Source of the DNA: the human T2T-CHM13v2.0 reference genome, Homo sapiens
Length of the DNA: 64,000 nucleotides
Direction: 5' to 3' (one strand)
Assembly: GCF_009914755.1 (NCBI RefSeq)
Contig: NC_060932.1
Shown here: positions 1-16,298 of the stretch, in pieces
How the letters are laid out: each line of letters begins with the position of its first letter
Numbering within the stretch: position 1 is the stretch's first letter
The notes under the pieces: model-generated
Seen by the model: only the letters and a program-made list of their open reading frames with translations
What the model was told of the DNA's origin: nothing
The model's database searches: none
Position numbers and translations under genes: made by a program

Positions 1-42
1 CATTTAATAATCAAACTCCCCAAAATCAAGGATAACAAAAGG

Positions 43-357
<315 letters not shown>

Positions 358-758
358 CTAAAAGCAGCAAGAGAAAAGAAACAAATGATACACAATGGAG
401 CTCCAATAATTCTGACAGCAGACTTCAGGGAAAACCTTACAGGCCAAGAGAGAGTGGCATGACATATTTAAAGTGTTTAAGGAAGAAAATTTCTACCCTA
501 AAATAGTGTACTAGTGAAAATATTCTTCAAACATGAAAAAGAAAAATAAAGACTTTCCAAGACAAATAAAAGCTGAGGGATTTCATCAATGCCAGACCTG
601 TCCTACAGTAAAAGCTAAAGGGAGTTCCTCTATCTGAAAGAAGGGAACATTAATGAGCAATAAAAAATCATCTGAAGGCTCAAAACTCACTGGAAATAGT
701 AAGCAGAAAAACAAAGAATATTATAACACTGTAATTGTGGTGTGCAAACTACTTATGT

Positions 759-921
<163 letters not shown>

Positions 922-3900
922 TAAGTATAAGGACTAAACAATAAACCAATCACAAATAATAGCTACAACAACTTTTCAGGACATAGAAAATATAATAAGA
1001 TATAAAGACAAACAACAAAAAGTTAAAAAGCAGGGGAACAAAGTGTAGAGTTTTTATTAGTTTTCTTTTTGCTTGTTTGTTTATGTAATCAGTGTTAAGT
1101 TTTCATCAGTTAAAAATAATGGGTTATAAGATAGTATTTGCAAGCCTCATGGTAAACTCAAATTTAAAAACATACAATGGATACACAAAAAATAAAAAGC
1201 AAGAAATTAAATTGCATTGCCAGAGAAAATCACTTTCACTAAAAGGAAGACAAGAAAGATGACTACAAAACAACCAGAAAACAAATATCAAAATGGCACA
1301 AGTAAGTCCTTACTTACCAATAATTACACTAAATGTAAATGGGCTAAACTCTACAATCAAAAGATATAAAGTGGCTGAATGAATAAAAAAAACAAGACCC
1401 AATGATCTGATGTCTACAAGAAACACACGTTACCTACAAAGATACACATAGGTTGAAAATAAAGGGATGGAAAAAGAGGTTCTTTGCTAATGGAAACCAA
1501 AAAAGAGTGGGATACTTATAGCAAACAAAATAGGTTTCAAGACAAAAACTATAAGAAGAGACAAAGAAGGTCATTATATAATGATAAAGGGGTAAATTCA
1601 GTAAGAAGATATAACAATCATAAATATATGCACACAACACTGGAGCTGCCAGATATACATAGAGCTAAAGAGAGAAATAGGCCCCAATACAATAGTAGCT
1701 GGAGACTCCAACACCCCACTTTCAGCACTGGACAGATTATCCAGACAGGTAATCAACAAAGAAACATCAGACTTAATCTATACCATAGAACAAATGGACC
1801 TAATAGATGTTTACAGAACATTTTATCCAATGGCTGCAGAATACACATTCTTCTCCTCAGCACATGGATCATTCTCAAGGATAGACTATATACATTAGGT
1901 CACAAAACAAGCCTTAAAACATTAAAAAAAAAAAAAAACCCTGAAATAGTATCAAGCATCTTCTCTAATCGCAACTGAATGAAACTAGAAATCAATAACA
2001 AGAAGAATTTAGGAAACTATACAAATACATGGAAATTAAACTATATGCTCCTGAGTGACCAGTAGGTCACTGAAGAAATTAAGAAGGAAATTGAAAAACG
2101 TCGTGAAACAAAAGATAATGAAAACACAACATACCAAATCTACGTGATACAGCGAAGGCAGTACTAAGAGGGCAGTTTGTAGCTATAAGTGCCTATATCA
2201 AAAAAGAAGAAAAATTTCAAATAAGTAACCTGATGATGCATCTTAAAGAACTAGAAAAGCCGGAACAAACCAAACCCAAAATTAGTAGAAGAAAAGAAAT
2301 AATAAAGATCAGAGCAGAAATAAATAAAATTGAAATGAAGAAGGCAATGCAAAAGATCAAGGAAACAAAAAATTGGTTATTTGAATAGATAAACAAAATT
2401 GACAAAATGTTAGCCAGACTAAATAAAAAAGAGAGAAAACTCAAATAGATAATATCAGAGATGAAAAATGAAACATTACAATGGATACCACAAAAATTCA
2501 AAGGATCATTAGTAGCTATTATGAGCAACTATGTGCCAATAAATTAGAAAATCTAGAGGAAATGAGTACATTTCTAGACACATATGACCTACCAAAATTG
2601 AACCATGAAGAAATCCAAAATCTGATCAGATCAGTAACGAGTAATGAGATTGAAGCCATAACAAAAATCTCCTAGAAAAGAAAAGCTTGAGACCCAATGG
2701 CATCACTTCTGAATTCTACCAAACATTTAAAGAATACCAATTCTACTCAAATTATTTTAAAAAATAGAGGATGAGGGAATACTTCTAAACTCATTATGTG
2801 AGGTCAGTATTATATGGATACCAAAACCAGACAAAGACAAATCTAAAAAAGAAAATTATAGCCCAGTATCTCTGATGAATATCAATGCAAAAATCCTCAA
2901 CAAAATACTAGCAAACTGAATTCAACAATGCATTAAAAAGATCATTCATCATGATCAAGTGAGATTTATCCCAGAGATGCAAGTATGGTTCAATATACAC
3001 AAATCAATAAATGTGATACATCATATCAACAGAATGAAGGACAAAAAACCATACAATCATTTTAATTGATACTGAAAAGACATTTGATAAAATTCAACAT
3101 CACTTCTCAATAAAAACTCTTAAAAACCTGGGTTTAGAAGGAACACACCTCAACATAATCATAGCCATATTTTACAGACACAGCTAGTATCATACTGAAT
3201 GGAGAAAAACTAAAAGACTTTCCTCTAAGATCTGGAACATGAGAAAGATGCCCACTTTCACCACTGTTATTCAACATAGTACTGGAGGTCCTGGCTGGAG
3301 CAATCAACCAAGAGAAAGAAATAAAGAGCATCCAAATTTGAAAAGAAGAAGTCGAATTATCTTTGTTTGCAGTTGATACAATCTTATATTGGAAAAACCT
3401 AAAGACTCCACCAAAAAACTATTAGAACTGAAAAACAAATTCAGTAAAGTTGCAGAATACAAAAATCAACATACAAAAATCAGTATGTTTCTATATGGCA
3501 ACAGTGAACTATCTGAAAAAAAGTAGTCCCATTTACAATATCCACAAGTTAAACTAAATACCTAGGAATTAAACAAAGAAGTGAAAAAGTTCTATAATGA
3601 AAGTTATAAAACACTAAAGAAAGGGATTGAAGAGAACATCAAAAAATGGAAAGCTATTTCATCTTTATGGATTGGAAGAATCAATATTGTTAAAATGTCC
3701 ATGTGACCCAAAGCAATCTACCGATTCAATGCAATCTCCATCAAAATACTAATGACATTGTTCACAGAGATAGAAAAACAATCCTAAAATTCATATAGAG
3801 CCACAAAAGATGCAGAATAGCCAAAGCTATTTTGACCAAAAAGAATATAAATAGAGAAATCACATTACCTGACTTCAAATTATACTACAGAGCTATAGTA

Positions 3901-4473
3901 ACCAAAACAGTATGGTACTGACAAAGAAACAGACACATAGATCAATGGCATAGAATAGATAACCCAGAAACAAATACATATATCTACGGTGAACTCATTT
4001 TTAACAAAAGTGCCAAGAACGCATATTGAGAGAAAATCAGTCTCTTCATTAAATTTTACTGGGAAAACTGGATATCTATATGCAGAAGAATGAATCTAGA
4101 CCCCTATCTCTCATCACATACAAAAATAAAATCAAAGTGGAGTAAGGCTTTAAATTGAAGACCTCAACTATGAAACTACTACAAGAAAAGATAGGGTGAA
4201 CTCTCTGGTACATTGGTCTAGGCAAAGGTTTCTTGAGTAATACTCCACAAGCACAGGCAACCAAAGCAAAAATGGACAAATAGGATCATATCAAGTTAAA
4301 AAGCTTCTGCACAGCAAAGGAAACAATCAACAAAGTGAAGAGACAACCCACAGAATGAGAGAAGATATTTGAAACTACCCATCTGATAAGAGATTAATAA
4401 CCAGAATATATAAGTAACTCAAACAACTCAATAGGAAAAATATCTAATAATCCAATTAAAAATGGGCAATAGA

Positions 4474-4790
<317 letters not shown>

Positions 4791-5543
4791 GAATTGGCAA
4801 AAGATCTGAATAGACATTTCTCAAAAGGGGGCATACAAATGACAAACAGGCATATGAAAAGGTGCTCAAAATCATTGATTATCAGAGAAATGCAAATCAA
4901 AACTACAATGAGATATCATCTCACCCGTTAAAATGGCTTATATCCAAAAGACAGGCAATAACAAACAGTGGCCAGATGTGGAGAACAGAGAATCCTCATA
5001 CACTGTTGGTGGGAGGGTAAATTAGTACGATCACTTCAAAGAACAGTTAGGAGATTCCTCAAAAAATTAAAAATAGAGCTACCATACAAACCAGAATCTC
5101 ACTGCTGGGTCTGTACTCAAAATGAAGGAAAATCAGTGTATCAAAGAGATACCTGGTTTCCCATGTATGTTTCAGCACTTTTCACAATAGCCAAGATTTG
5201 GAAGCAACCTAAATGTCCATCAAGAGATGAATGGAAAAGAAAATTGGTACATATACACAATGAAGTACTATTCAGCCATTAAAAAGAATGCAATCTTGTC
5301 ATTTGCAACAACATGGATGGAACTGGAGGTCATTATGTTAAGTGAAATCAGCCAGGCACAGACAGACAAACATTGCATGTTCTCACCTATTTTGGGGAGC
5401 TAAAAATGAAAACAATGGAACTCATGGAGCTAGAGAGTAGAAGAATGGTTACCAGAGGCTAAGAAAGGTATTGGAGGTGGGGTGGGGAGGAAGTGGGGAT
5501 GGTTAATGGGTACAGAAAAATAGAAAGAATGAATAAGATCGAA

Positions 5544-5838
5544 TTTTTTTTTTCTTTGAGATAGTGTCTCACTCTGTTGCCCAGGCTGGAGTGCAGTGGC
5601 ACCATCTCAACTTGCTGCAACATTCATCTCCCCAGTTCAAGTGATTCTCCTGACTGAGCCTCCCAAGTAGCTGAATTACAGGCACCTGCCACCACACTCG
5701 GCTAATTTTTGCAATTTTAGTAGAGATGGGGTTTCTTCATGTTGACCAGGCTGGTCTCAAACTCCTGGTCTCAAGTGATCCGCCCACCTCAGCCTCCCAA
5801 AGTGCTGGGATTACAGGCTTGAGCCACTGCACCTGGTC
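5544..5838 (-). mobile_element. Alu (AluS) inside L1 3'UTR
   Basis: Reverse-complement Alu with poly(T) head. Confidence 0.95.
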
Positions 5839-6116
5839 AGGACCTAGTATTTGATAGCACAACGGGGTAACTATAGTCAATAATAATTTAATTGTACATT
5901 TAAAAATAACTAAAATAATGTAATGGGATTGTTTGTAACAGAAAGGATAAATGTTTGAGGGGTTGGATATCCCATTTTTAAACATGATGTAATTATTACA
6001 TATTGCATGCTTGTATCAAAGTATCTCATGTACCCTATAAATATATACATCTATTATGTACCCACAAAAATTAAAATTTTTTTTTAAAATTGGAGGCAGT
6101 ATTATTTTTATTTTTA

Positions 6117-6522
<406 letters not shown>

Positions 6523-7219
6523 TTATTCCATGTTCATTTAATTTATCTGGAATTCTTTTGTGTAGGGTGTACAAACCTAACTTCATTTTTATAAATGCAA
6601 ATATCAAATTGCCTTATGTATTTGATTATTAGTGGAACACTTGTTACAGGGACTTGTTTATGTTTAAGTAAGCCAGTTGGCTCTCAGGACTACAGAGAGG
6701 GTCCAGGTTAGGAAAAGAGATGAGACAGGTAAAATACAGGTAAAGAATGGAGGAAATTATCCTCCTTTTCCCTTAGTGGAAAAAATACCAATCATTCAAA
6801 ATATCTTCAGATGACTTTATATATTGTATGTTATAAAGGTATAATGATTATACCTAATAACTATTTTTAATAAGATAACTGCCTGGTAGCACATGAGCAA
6901 AGAGATTCTAGGTAAGAGGACAAGTCTGAAAACCAGATTTTTAGTTTCAACATGTCAATGATCTCTTCTTTACAAAACAGCTGCATGTTAGAAGCATGTC
7001 TCAGGTAGGAACTTCCTAAAGGAAATCAAAAAATTTGAAGTCAAGTGTGTAGTGAATCTAATTCTGGACCCAGGAGGCAGCAGCCTTCAGTGAAGCCTTC
7101 TGTATGGGGGCTTCTTGGCTGTGCATGAGAATTGGCTCCTGTGCGTGCTCAGAGTAGTTGGTCTTTACCCAGCTTCACTGGAAGTCTGATCCTGCTTTCA
7201 AAAGTGCACAGCGTGGAAG

Positions 7220-7545
7220 CCTCAGGACTGGACAGAGAGATACCTACAGGACATGAGAGTGCAGGAAGAAAGTGGAGCCCCTGGCTTTCTCCTTGATGGG
7301 TGGCTGTAGATTGGCTGTGCTCTCAGGCAGCCCTCTTCAAATAGTTTGCTTTCTCTGGATTCTGGCAAACATGCGTTTACACATAGAGGTTGTAACAGCT
7401 CCCTGCAATTGCCAGCACCAAGATTCTGCCCCATCTTTTGTTGGATTCCCTAAACCCTGACCATACCTTTATAAATAGGCTTCTTATTAAACTCTGTTCA
7501 ATTCCCTTGTTGAGTTGTGCAGTTTCCTGCTGGGATCTAAAGAAT
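7220..7545 (+). mobile_element. Old ERVL-type LTR (LTR33-like)
   Basis: 3' part ttattaaactctgttcaattcccttgttgagttgtgcagtttcctgctgggatc resembles an LTR33/LTR16 end; resembles the antisense copy at 56.9-57.4 kb. Confidence 0.5.
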
Positions 7546-7845
7546 ACACTCATTCTGTTCATTGTCAAGTTTCAAAATAAATGATTCTCTCTGCAGTCCC
7601 TGGAAAAAGAAAATGCAGGTTTATTTATACTTTACCTTTATTCTGAGGGTATAGCTTTTTGATGTCCCAGCCATATGGAGAAGGAACGCCAATTGGACTT
7701 ACCTTGGCTAGAACCTGGGCTTTAGCTCTTCATCCCTACACCCTAAGTCCTTGAAAACTGAAGGTCCAGCTCATCAAGTTCAGCAAAGACCCTCACAGCA
7801 AAAGTGAGCAGCTCCACTTGCCTCTTGAGTTCCAGCCTCACTTGA

Positions 7846-8156
<311 letters not shown>

Positions 8157-8199
8157 AGGTTTTCTTTTAAACAATGGCCACTCTGTAGTTGATTTTACT

Positions 8200-9105
<906 letters not shown>

Positions 9106-9258
9106 TTAATTTATCTGAAGATATTAATTACAGTTTATTTTTGTTTTGGTCTCTGTCTTTTGTGTCACAGACTATGCTCAAAGAACTGGTGATATGCTAT
9201 AAAGCTATTAGAAGTTCCCTGTATAGGGCTGGCATACTGATGAGCTTTATGGTAGGAT

Positions 9259-9466
9259 GGTGGTTCTCAACTGAAGGTAATTTTGTGCCTAATGTCCGCC
9301 CCCCAGGCATCTTTGATTGTTATTAATGGGCAAAGAATACTACTGGTATCTAATGGGCAGAGGTCAATGATGCTGCTAAACATCCTACAAGGCACAGGAG
9401 TGTCCCCATCAACAAAGAATTATCTGGTCCAAAACATCAACAGTGCTCAGGCTGAGAAATCCTGCT
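9259..9466. mobile_element. MER20 (hAT-Charlie DNA transposon)
   Basis: tggttctcaact...gatgctgctaaacatcctacaaggcacagg...ggctgagaaatcctg matches recalled MER20. Confidence 0.85.
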
Positions 9467-10444
9467 GTAGAGGGGTGGCCAGCCTGCTTTCTCACGGTGG
9501 ATGTCATATGTCAATAGCTGAAAGACTTTGGTGTGTGTGGTCAGTTTCGAATCTTTCAGTCCCCTGCTGGAAAATATAAACTTGGCCACTCATGTTTTGA
9601 GCTGGGCAGAGGAAGGAGGCTGGCAGGGTTCTTGAGCTTTAGTATGCAGGCTTTCACCTAAAATCCTGTTTTCACTCTAGCACTTCATGCCTCCATTCTC
9701 TTTGTTAATATCCTCTCTGGTTCAAATTTTTCCAGAGGGATGGTCACCAGGCTAAAAGAAATGGGAATGAGGATGTGAGACTCAGTTTTTCCTTTCACAG
9801 ATTTTGAGATAATCTCCTGGTTATGGATATCTACTTGCCCTTACTTTTTACAGTGCTGATGTCTCCACTTTCTGAGCCACTCTGGGATCCTATGGGTTGA
9901 TTGTCTTGCTTCTGGCTGCCATCACCTCTGCAGGCACTTAGATTTGACCTACCTCTGTTCTGCTAAGTCACTTACCATTCCTCCATCAAATTTCCCCCCA
10001 ATATAGTGTGGTTTTGGGGTTACAGATGTTTCCTAGATTCATCAGAGATGGAATGTAAGTTTCTGTTTCTTGTTCTTCTTGTGAGAAGAAGGAATTGGAA
10101 ATATCTTTAAAAGGAAGCAATTGTGACTTCTATGCCAAATTGCAGAAAACTCTTATTCTCTCTGTCTTTAGTTGCTCCAAGTTCCCAACTTAAGTATAGT
10201 TTGTGCTCCCTTGCAATATGCAGATAGAAGCTATTTGAGCCTCTCGTTCTAAGCCCTTGTGCCTCCATCACAGCTGTGAGATAGCTATTTTTTATGCAAA
10301 GAGGACAAAAGTAATAAATAAATACTTTGGAGGTCCAGAGGAGAAATGAATAACTTTAGGAGAATCTAGGAGGGTTTGAGAGAAGCAAGTCCTTGATTGA
10401 GGTTAAGTTGGCATTTGGCTGTCATAGAAGTACAAGATGGAGTT

Positions 10445-11068
10445 TCCAATCCTCTCTCCCCACCCTACCCTAGCCTAGGCAATAACTAATCAATTTCTCT
10501 CTGTATAGATTTGCCTGTTCTGGACATTTCAAATAAATGGAATTATACAATGAGTGAGCTTGTATGACTTGCTTCTCTCACTGAGCACAATGTTTCCAAG
10601 TTTCGTGTATGTTGCAGCACATATCTGTACTTCACTTCTTTTCAACTGAATAGTATTTCACTGTATAGATAGACCACTTTTAGTTTATCCATTTGTCAGC
10701 TAATGGACATTTGGATTGTTTCCACTTTTTGGGCTACAATCAATAATGCTGCTATGAACATTCATGTCAGAGTTTTATGTAGACATGCTTTCAATTCTCT
10801 TGGGTATATATGTAGAAGCTGAACAGTTGGGCCATATGGTAATTCTGTTTAAACATTAAGGAATTGTCAGACTGTTTTCCAAAGTGGTTGCACTATTTTA
10901 CGTTCCCACTACCAGTGTACAGAGATTTCAATTTTTCCACATCCTTGCCAACACTTGCTACCTGTATTTTTTTTATTATAGCCATCCTAGTGAGTATGAA
11001 ATGGTATCATATTGTGACTATGATTTGCATTTCCCTGATGGCTAAGGATATAGAGCATCTTTTCATGT
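10445..11068 (-). mobile_element. L1M (L1MB/ME-type) 3' fragment
   Basis: gatttgcctgttctggacatttcaaataaatgg, ttttccaaagtggttgcact and gccatcctagtgagtatgaaatggtatc are typical antisense L1M. Confidence 0.85.
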
Positions 11069-11629
11069 GAGAATGGTCAAAACAACAACTGACATGAGAG
11101 AATGGTCATATAACAACTGACAAAAGTACAACTGAAAAATATTTCAGTGTGTCCCAATTTTGTATATTACATATGTATGAGTTTTTAATATATACATTTT
11201 ATGTATTAAAAGAGAAAAAACAGAAAATAAGCAAAGTCTTAACAATTAATCTTTTACTTATTTTACACATTTTCTTTACTGTATATATATTAATATAATG
11301 AAAAATAAAATGAAAATGAAATACACTCCTTTAGTATGTGTAAACTTCTAGCATCTGTGTACTGACACACCCTCCCAGAAGACTACAGCAGTATTGGGAA
11401 AATAGCAATGTTTTAGCAAAGTTTACACAATTCACTTACATTCTGGTAGAAGTACCAATACATTATAATTACATCAGTTATAATAACAGGTACATTTGTA
11501 TGAATTAAATGGCAGAGGCCTGTATTTGGTCTACTTTTGGCACTAGGTAAGCATAATTATACTGCACATCCTTTCCACACTTGTCATCCTCAGTCTTGTG
11601 CCTGTCATGACGGTGATGATCACCATGAC

Positions 11630-11920
11630 AACGATAGGCATCCCTGAGTATTTACAATGTACTAGATTCTTCTGTTATTATTTGCAATGAATCTTTACAA
11701 TCTAATGAGGTAGAGACTGTTATTATATTTATTTCATATATGAGGAAACTGAGGCATAGACTAAGTAACTTGCCTGTTTAAGCTAGATTTGTGTCTAGAG
11801 ACCAGTAACAGAAAACCTGAGTAACATAGGCTTAAACATTTAGGGGTGGCATTTCTTATGCCACACAGCTCAAGGCCACAGAGCTGGTATATGGTGCAGA
11901 TTTATGCTCTTAACCACTCT
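11630..11920 (-). mobile_element. MIR fragments
   Basis: MIR core antisense tgaggaaactgaggcatagactaagtaacttgcc. Confidence 0.7.
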
Positions 11921-12736
11921 AGTGATCTGCCTGCAGGTATTCAGAGGTTTTATTTAGAGTGTATTAATGGGTTGGTGTAACATTTTGTCAAAAGTATGGC
12001 TTTTAGAATTGGGGTCACAGAGCCCCGTGGAGAATTGAGAGGAATTCATGATCCAAGGGATGACATTCAGAGGGCTTTGAGAGCTGTGATCTGAGAAACA
12101 TCTAAAAAGAATGCAGACTCAATCATGCAACAAAGGGATTAGTTTAATTCCACTAGGGTTAAGAAGGGAGGGGGAAAGGTGGTTTGTAGAATTCCATCCA
12201 CCAAAATCAAGCTATAACTGTGAAAAAAATAAGGTGAAGGTGAAACAAACCCAGGGAACAGGTATTGTAAAACTGAGCCCATCTGAAGAATGCAGTCTTA
12301 GAATTCTCTCTCACCACAGCTGTTCCCTTTGTAAGCACATATCCTTTGGGCTTGCATCCTGCCTTGAATATCTAATTGATGATCAACCATCTCATGGTCA
12401 TAGTCATGGTCAACACAATCTCATTAATTGCCTGGGATGTTACAACTCCACCTCTGTCCAGAATGGTGTCTTCTCAACTATATGGAGTTTTAGATAATTT
12501 TAAATATAATAAAAATAACCAACCCACAAATAATATTTTTGTGTAAAGTTCAAGAATAGGTAAGCATTGGGGGTAATCTCCTATACTTGTTATTTAAAAT
12601 ATAATCCTTAAGGAGAAGCTGACAGATTACCTGTGTGATTTTCATTTTACCTACATTACTAATTTCAGACAATTCTAAGTTGATAGGCATAAGAATTTGG
12701 CTAATATTATGAATAGGTTTTAATAATGGAGATATT

Positions 12737-13367
12737 ATCTTTTTTCTTTTAAGTTTTTTTTTATTATACTTTAAATTCTGGGATACATGTGCAGAACGTG
12801 CAGGTTTGTTACATAGATACACATGTGCTATGGTGGTTTGCTGCACCTATCAACCCCTTATCTAGGTTTTAAGCCCCACGTGCATTAGGTATTTGTCCTA
12901 ATGCTCTCCCTCCCTTTTCCTCCTACCCCTGATAGGCCCCGGTGTGTGATGTTCCCCTCCCTGTGTCCATGTGTTTTCATTGTTCAACTCCCACTTAAGA
13001 GTGAGAATATATAGTGTTTGGTTTTCTGTTCCTGTGTTAGTTTGCTGAGAATGATGGTTTCCAGCTTCATCCATGCCCCTGCAAAGCACATGAACTCATT
13101 CTTTTTTATGGCTGCATAGTATTCCATGGTGTATATGTGCCACATTTTCTTTATCCAGTCTATCATTGATGGGTATTTGGATTGGTTCCAAGTCTTTGCT
13201 ATTGTAAATAGTGCTTCAATAAACACACGTGTGTATGTGTCTTTATAGTAGAATGATTTATAATCCTTTGGATATATACCCAGTAATGGGATTGCTAGGT
13301 CAAATGGTATTTCTGGTTCCAGATCCTTGAGGAATCGCCACACTGTCTTCCACAATGGTTGAACTAA
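12737..13367 (-). mobile_element. L1PA (L1PA7/8-like) 3' end inserted into the Tigger terminus
   Basis: ttattatactttaaattctgggatacatgtgcagaacgtgcagg; ORF 12984-13370 is the L1 ORF2 C-terminus; TSD taataatggagatatt/taacaatggagatatt at 12721-12736 and 13365-13380. Confidence 0.95.
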
Positions 13368-14585
13368 CAATGGAGATATTTTCTGGGAAATGCATTGTTA
13401 GGTGATGTCATCATTGTGCGAACATCATCGAGTGTACTTACACAAACCCAGATGGCAGAGCCTACTACACACCTAGGCTAGATGGTATGGCCTGTTGCTC
13501 CTAGGCTACAAGCCTGTACAGCATGTTACTGTAGTGAATACTGTAGGCAGTTATGACACAATGGTAAGTATTTGTGTATCTAAGCATGTTTAAACATAGA
13601 AAAGATACAATTAAAATATGGTATAAAAGATAAACAATGGTATACTTGTATAGGGCACTTACCGTGAATGGAGCTTGCAGGACTGGAAGTTGCTCTGGGT
13701 AAGTCAGTGAGTGAGTGGTGAGTGAATGGGAGGCATAGGATGTTACTATATACTACTGTAGATTCTGTTAATACTATACACTTGGGCCACCCTAAATTTA
13801 TTTTTAAAAATTTTCCTTCTTCAATAAAAAATTAACTTTAGCTTACTAAAATCTGGCCTTGGATTAGGGCAAACAAAGCATGTCCCATTCAGCAACTTTT
13901 TTACTTTATAAATCTTTAAATGCTTTTTAACTTTTTATTCTTTTGTAATAACACAGCTTAAAACCCAAATACATTGTACAGTTGTATGAAAATATTTTCT
14001 TTCTTTATATTCTTATTCTATAAGCTTTTAAAATTAAAACTTATTTTATTTTACTTTTTAGACTTTTTTGTTAAAAACTAAGAAACAAACACACAAATTA
14101 GCCTAGGCCTACACAGGGTCAGGGTCATCAATCTCACGGTCTTCTACCTCCACATCTTGTCCCACTGGAAAGTCTTTGGGGGCAATAACACACATAGAGC
14201 TGTCATCTCCTATGATAACAACAACTTCTGGATACCTCTTGAGGGACCTGTGTGAAGCTGTTTTACAGTTAAGTTTTTTATTTTTCTGAGTAGAAAGAGT
14301 ACACTCTAAATTAGCAGAAGAAATATAGCAAATACGTAAATCAGTAACAGCCATTTATTAACATTATCAAGTATTATGCACTGTACAGAATTGTATGTGC
14401 TAGACTTTTATAGGACTGGCAGCTCGGTAGGTTTGTTTACACCAGCATCACCACAAATACATGAGTAATGTGTTGCCTTATGACATTACGATGGCTATTA
14501 TATTACTAGGCAATAGGAATTTTTCAACTCCATTTTAATCTTATGGGACAAACATCATTGGTGTATGTGGTCATGTGGTGCATTA
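13368..14585. mobile_element. Tigger3-family (Tigger3b/Golem-like) DNA transposon deletion derivative
   Basis: tgcgaacatcatcgagtgtacttacacaaacc near one end; tttgtttacaccagcatcaccacaaa...tcttatgggac near the other; ~1.2 kb. Confidence 0.85.
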
Positions 14586-15529
14586 ATATATCTATATCAA
14601 TATCTATCTATCTGTAGTCTAATTTATTAGATTATAAAATTGTATTGCTTGTAAGGAATGTTTAGTTTACCCTTTAAGCATTTGAACTCCTAGAAGAGAA
14701 CCTTAAATATGTGAAATTTGCAAATATAGTTAAAATGCTTATGGAAATGACTAAGAACTTGGGGAATTAACTAACTTTGTAAATGGGAATGGCTATTAAA
14801 AGGAATTTAGCCTGTTTAGCTTAAGTTAATCAGGTATTAATAAAATAATAACTAAAAGTGACTCATATTTTATTAGAATTTCAAATAAAATCAAATGTCT
14901 TGTAAATTGCACTTAAAATTTAAGGCAGATGGGTTTTAAATTTTGTAACATTAATAAGTGACTACTAATTGAAAACCAAAGTGACTGTAAACAGTTCTTT
15001 CTCTGTACAAAGGCCCCCTTGGACTCTAAAAGGCTGCACATTGACACATTTTCATTCTGGATGAATAGAGGCTTTATGCAGCAATTCCCTGTTTACTCAG
15101 CCTGTAGCACTTGTCTAGACAGGACAATAGGCTGGTTAGTGCCAAATATGAAGGCAGCAGCAGGTTCCAAGAACTTGTGGTGCACTGTGGTTGTTGGACG
15201 TGATCTTCTTCTACGATTCCCGCCACTCTATCCCTTGCACAACATTCTTACTTAAAACCATTTTTTTTTTCTAACTAAAAAGAAATCTGGCCTTGGGTTA
15301 GGGCAAACAAAGCATGTCCCATTCTGCAGGTGTGGTTACTCTGACAATGGAGCCCAACTTGCATTGCTCAGTGGGCTCCATTTTCCCCGCTTCGAGTATG
15401 TGTTCTTCTGGTGAGAGACTTCAAGACCACCCTCCAGAAAAGGAAGGATTCAGTATTTTCATATTTTCTGGCAAATGATTTTAGGTTGTACTGACATCCT
15501 TTCTTGTTCAGCAGAACTTCAGTTTATTT

Positions 15530-15845
15530 ATCTCGGCTGTAGCAGAATGTTGGAGATTCTGAACCTGCTGAAGAATCGTTCTATTCACGGTCCTCTGTTA
15601 TTTTCCTTTTTTCGGGTCTAAATGGATTACCAGTGGAATAACAGCTATTTCCACCAGGATGGAGTGGGCTTGTTGGTTCTTCCTGGCATCTCCCTGTGTG
15701 AGGCTGCTGGAGGAGTGCTCAGCACTCACTAGTAGGTTTGTGAGTTCGGGATTTGAGGTAGACCTGGCTCTTGGAGTAGCCAGCAGGGGCTCCGCCTCTG
15801 ATAACGTCCCGCCTATTCCTCGGTGACAGTCGCGTCTCAAGAAGT
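15530..15845. promoter_or_regulatory. Candidate weak CpG-retaining promoter/enhancer
   Basis: Non-repeat sequence with ~11 CpGs in ~310 bp; GC-box-like ctccgcc/tcccgcc flanking tgataa (GATA) at ~15790-15815. Confidence 0.35.
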
Positions 15846-15879
15846 CAGGAGCCCTCCCATGTGCTCCTTCCTATTATAA

Positions 15880-16298
<419 letters not shown>

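Noticed and set aside
15346-15382. Hairpin with 11-bp stem (aatggagccca/tgggctccatt)
   Set aside because: Roughly expected by chance once in 64 kb; too short for a pre-miRNA
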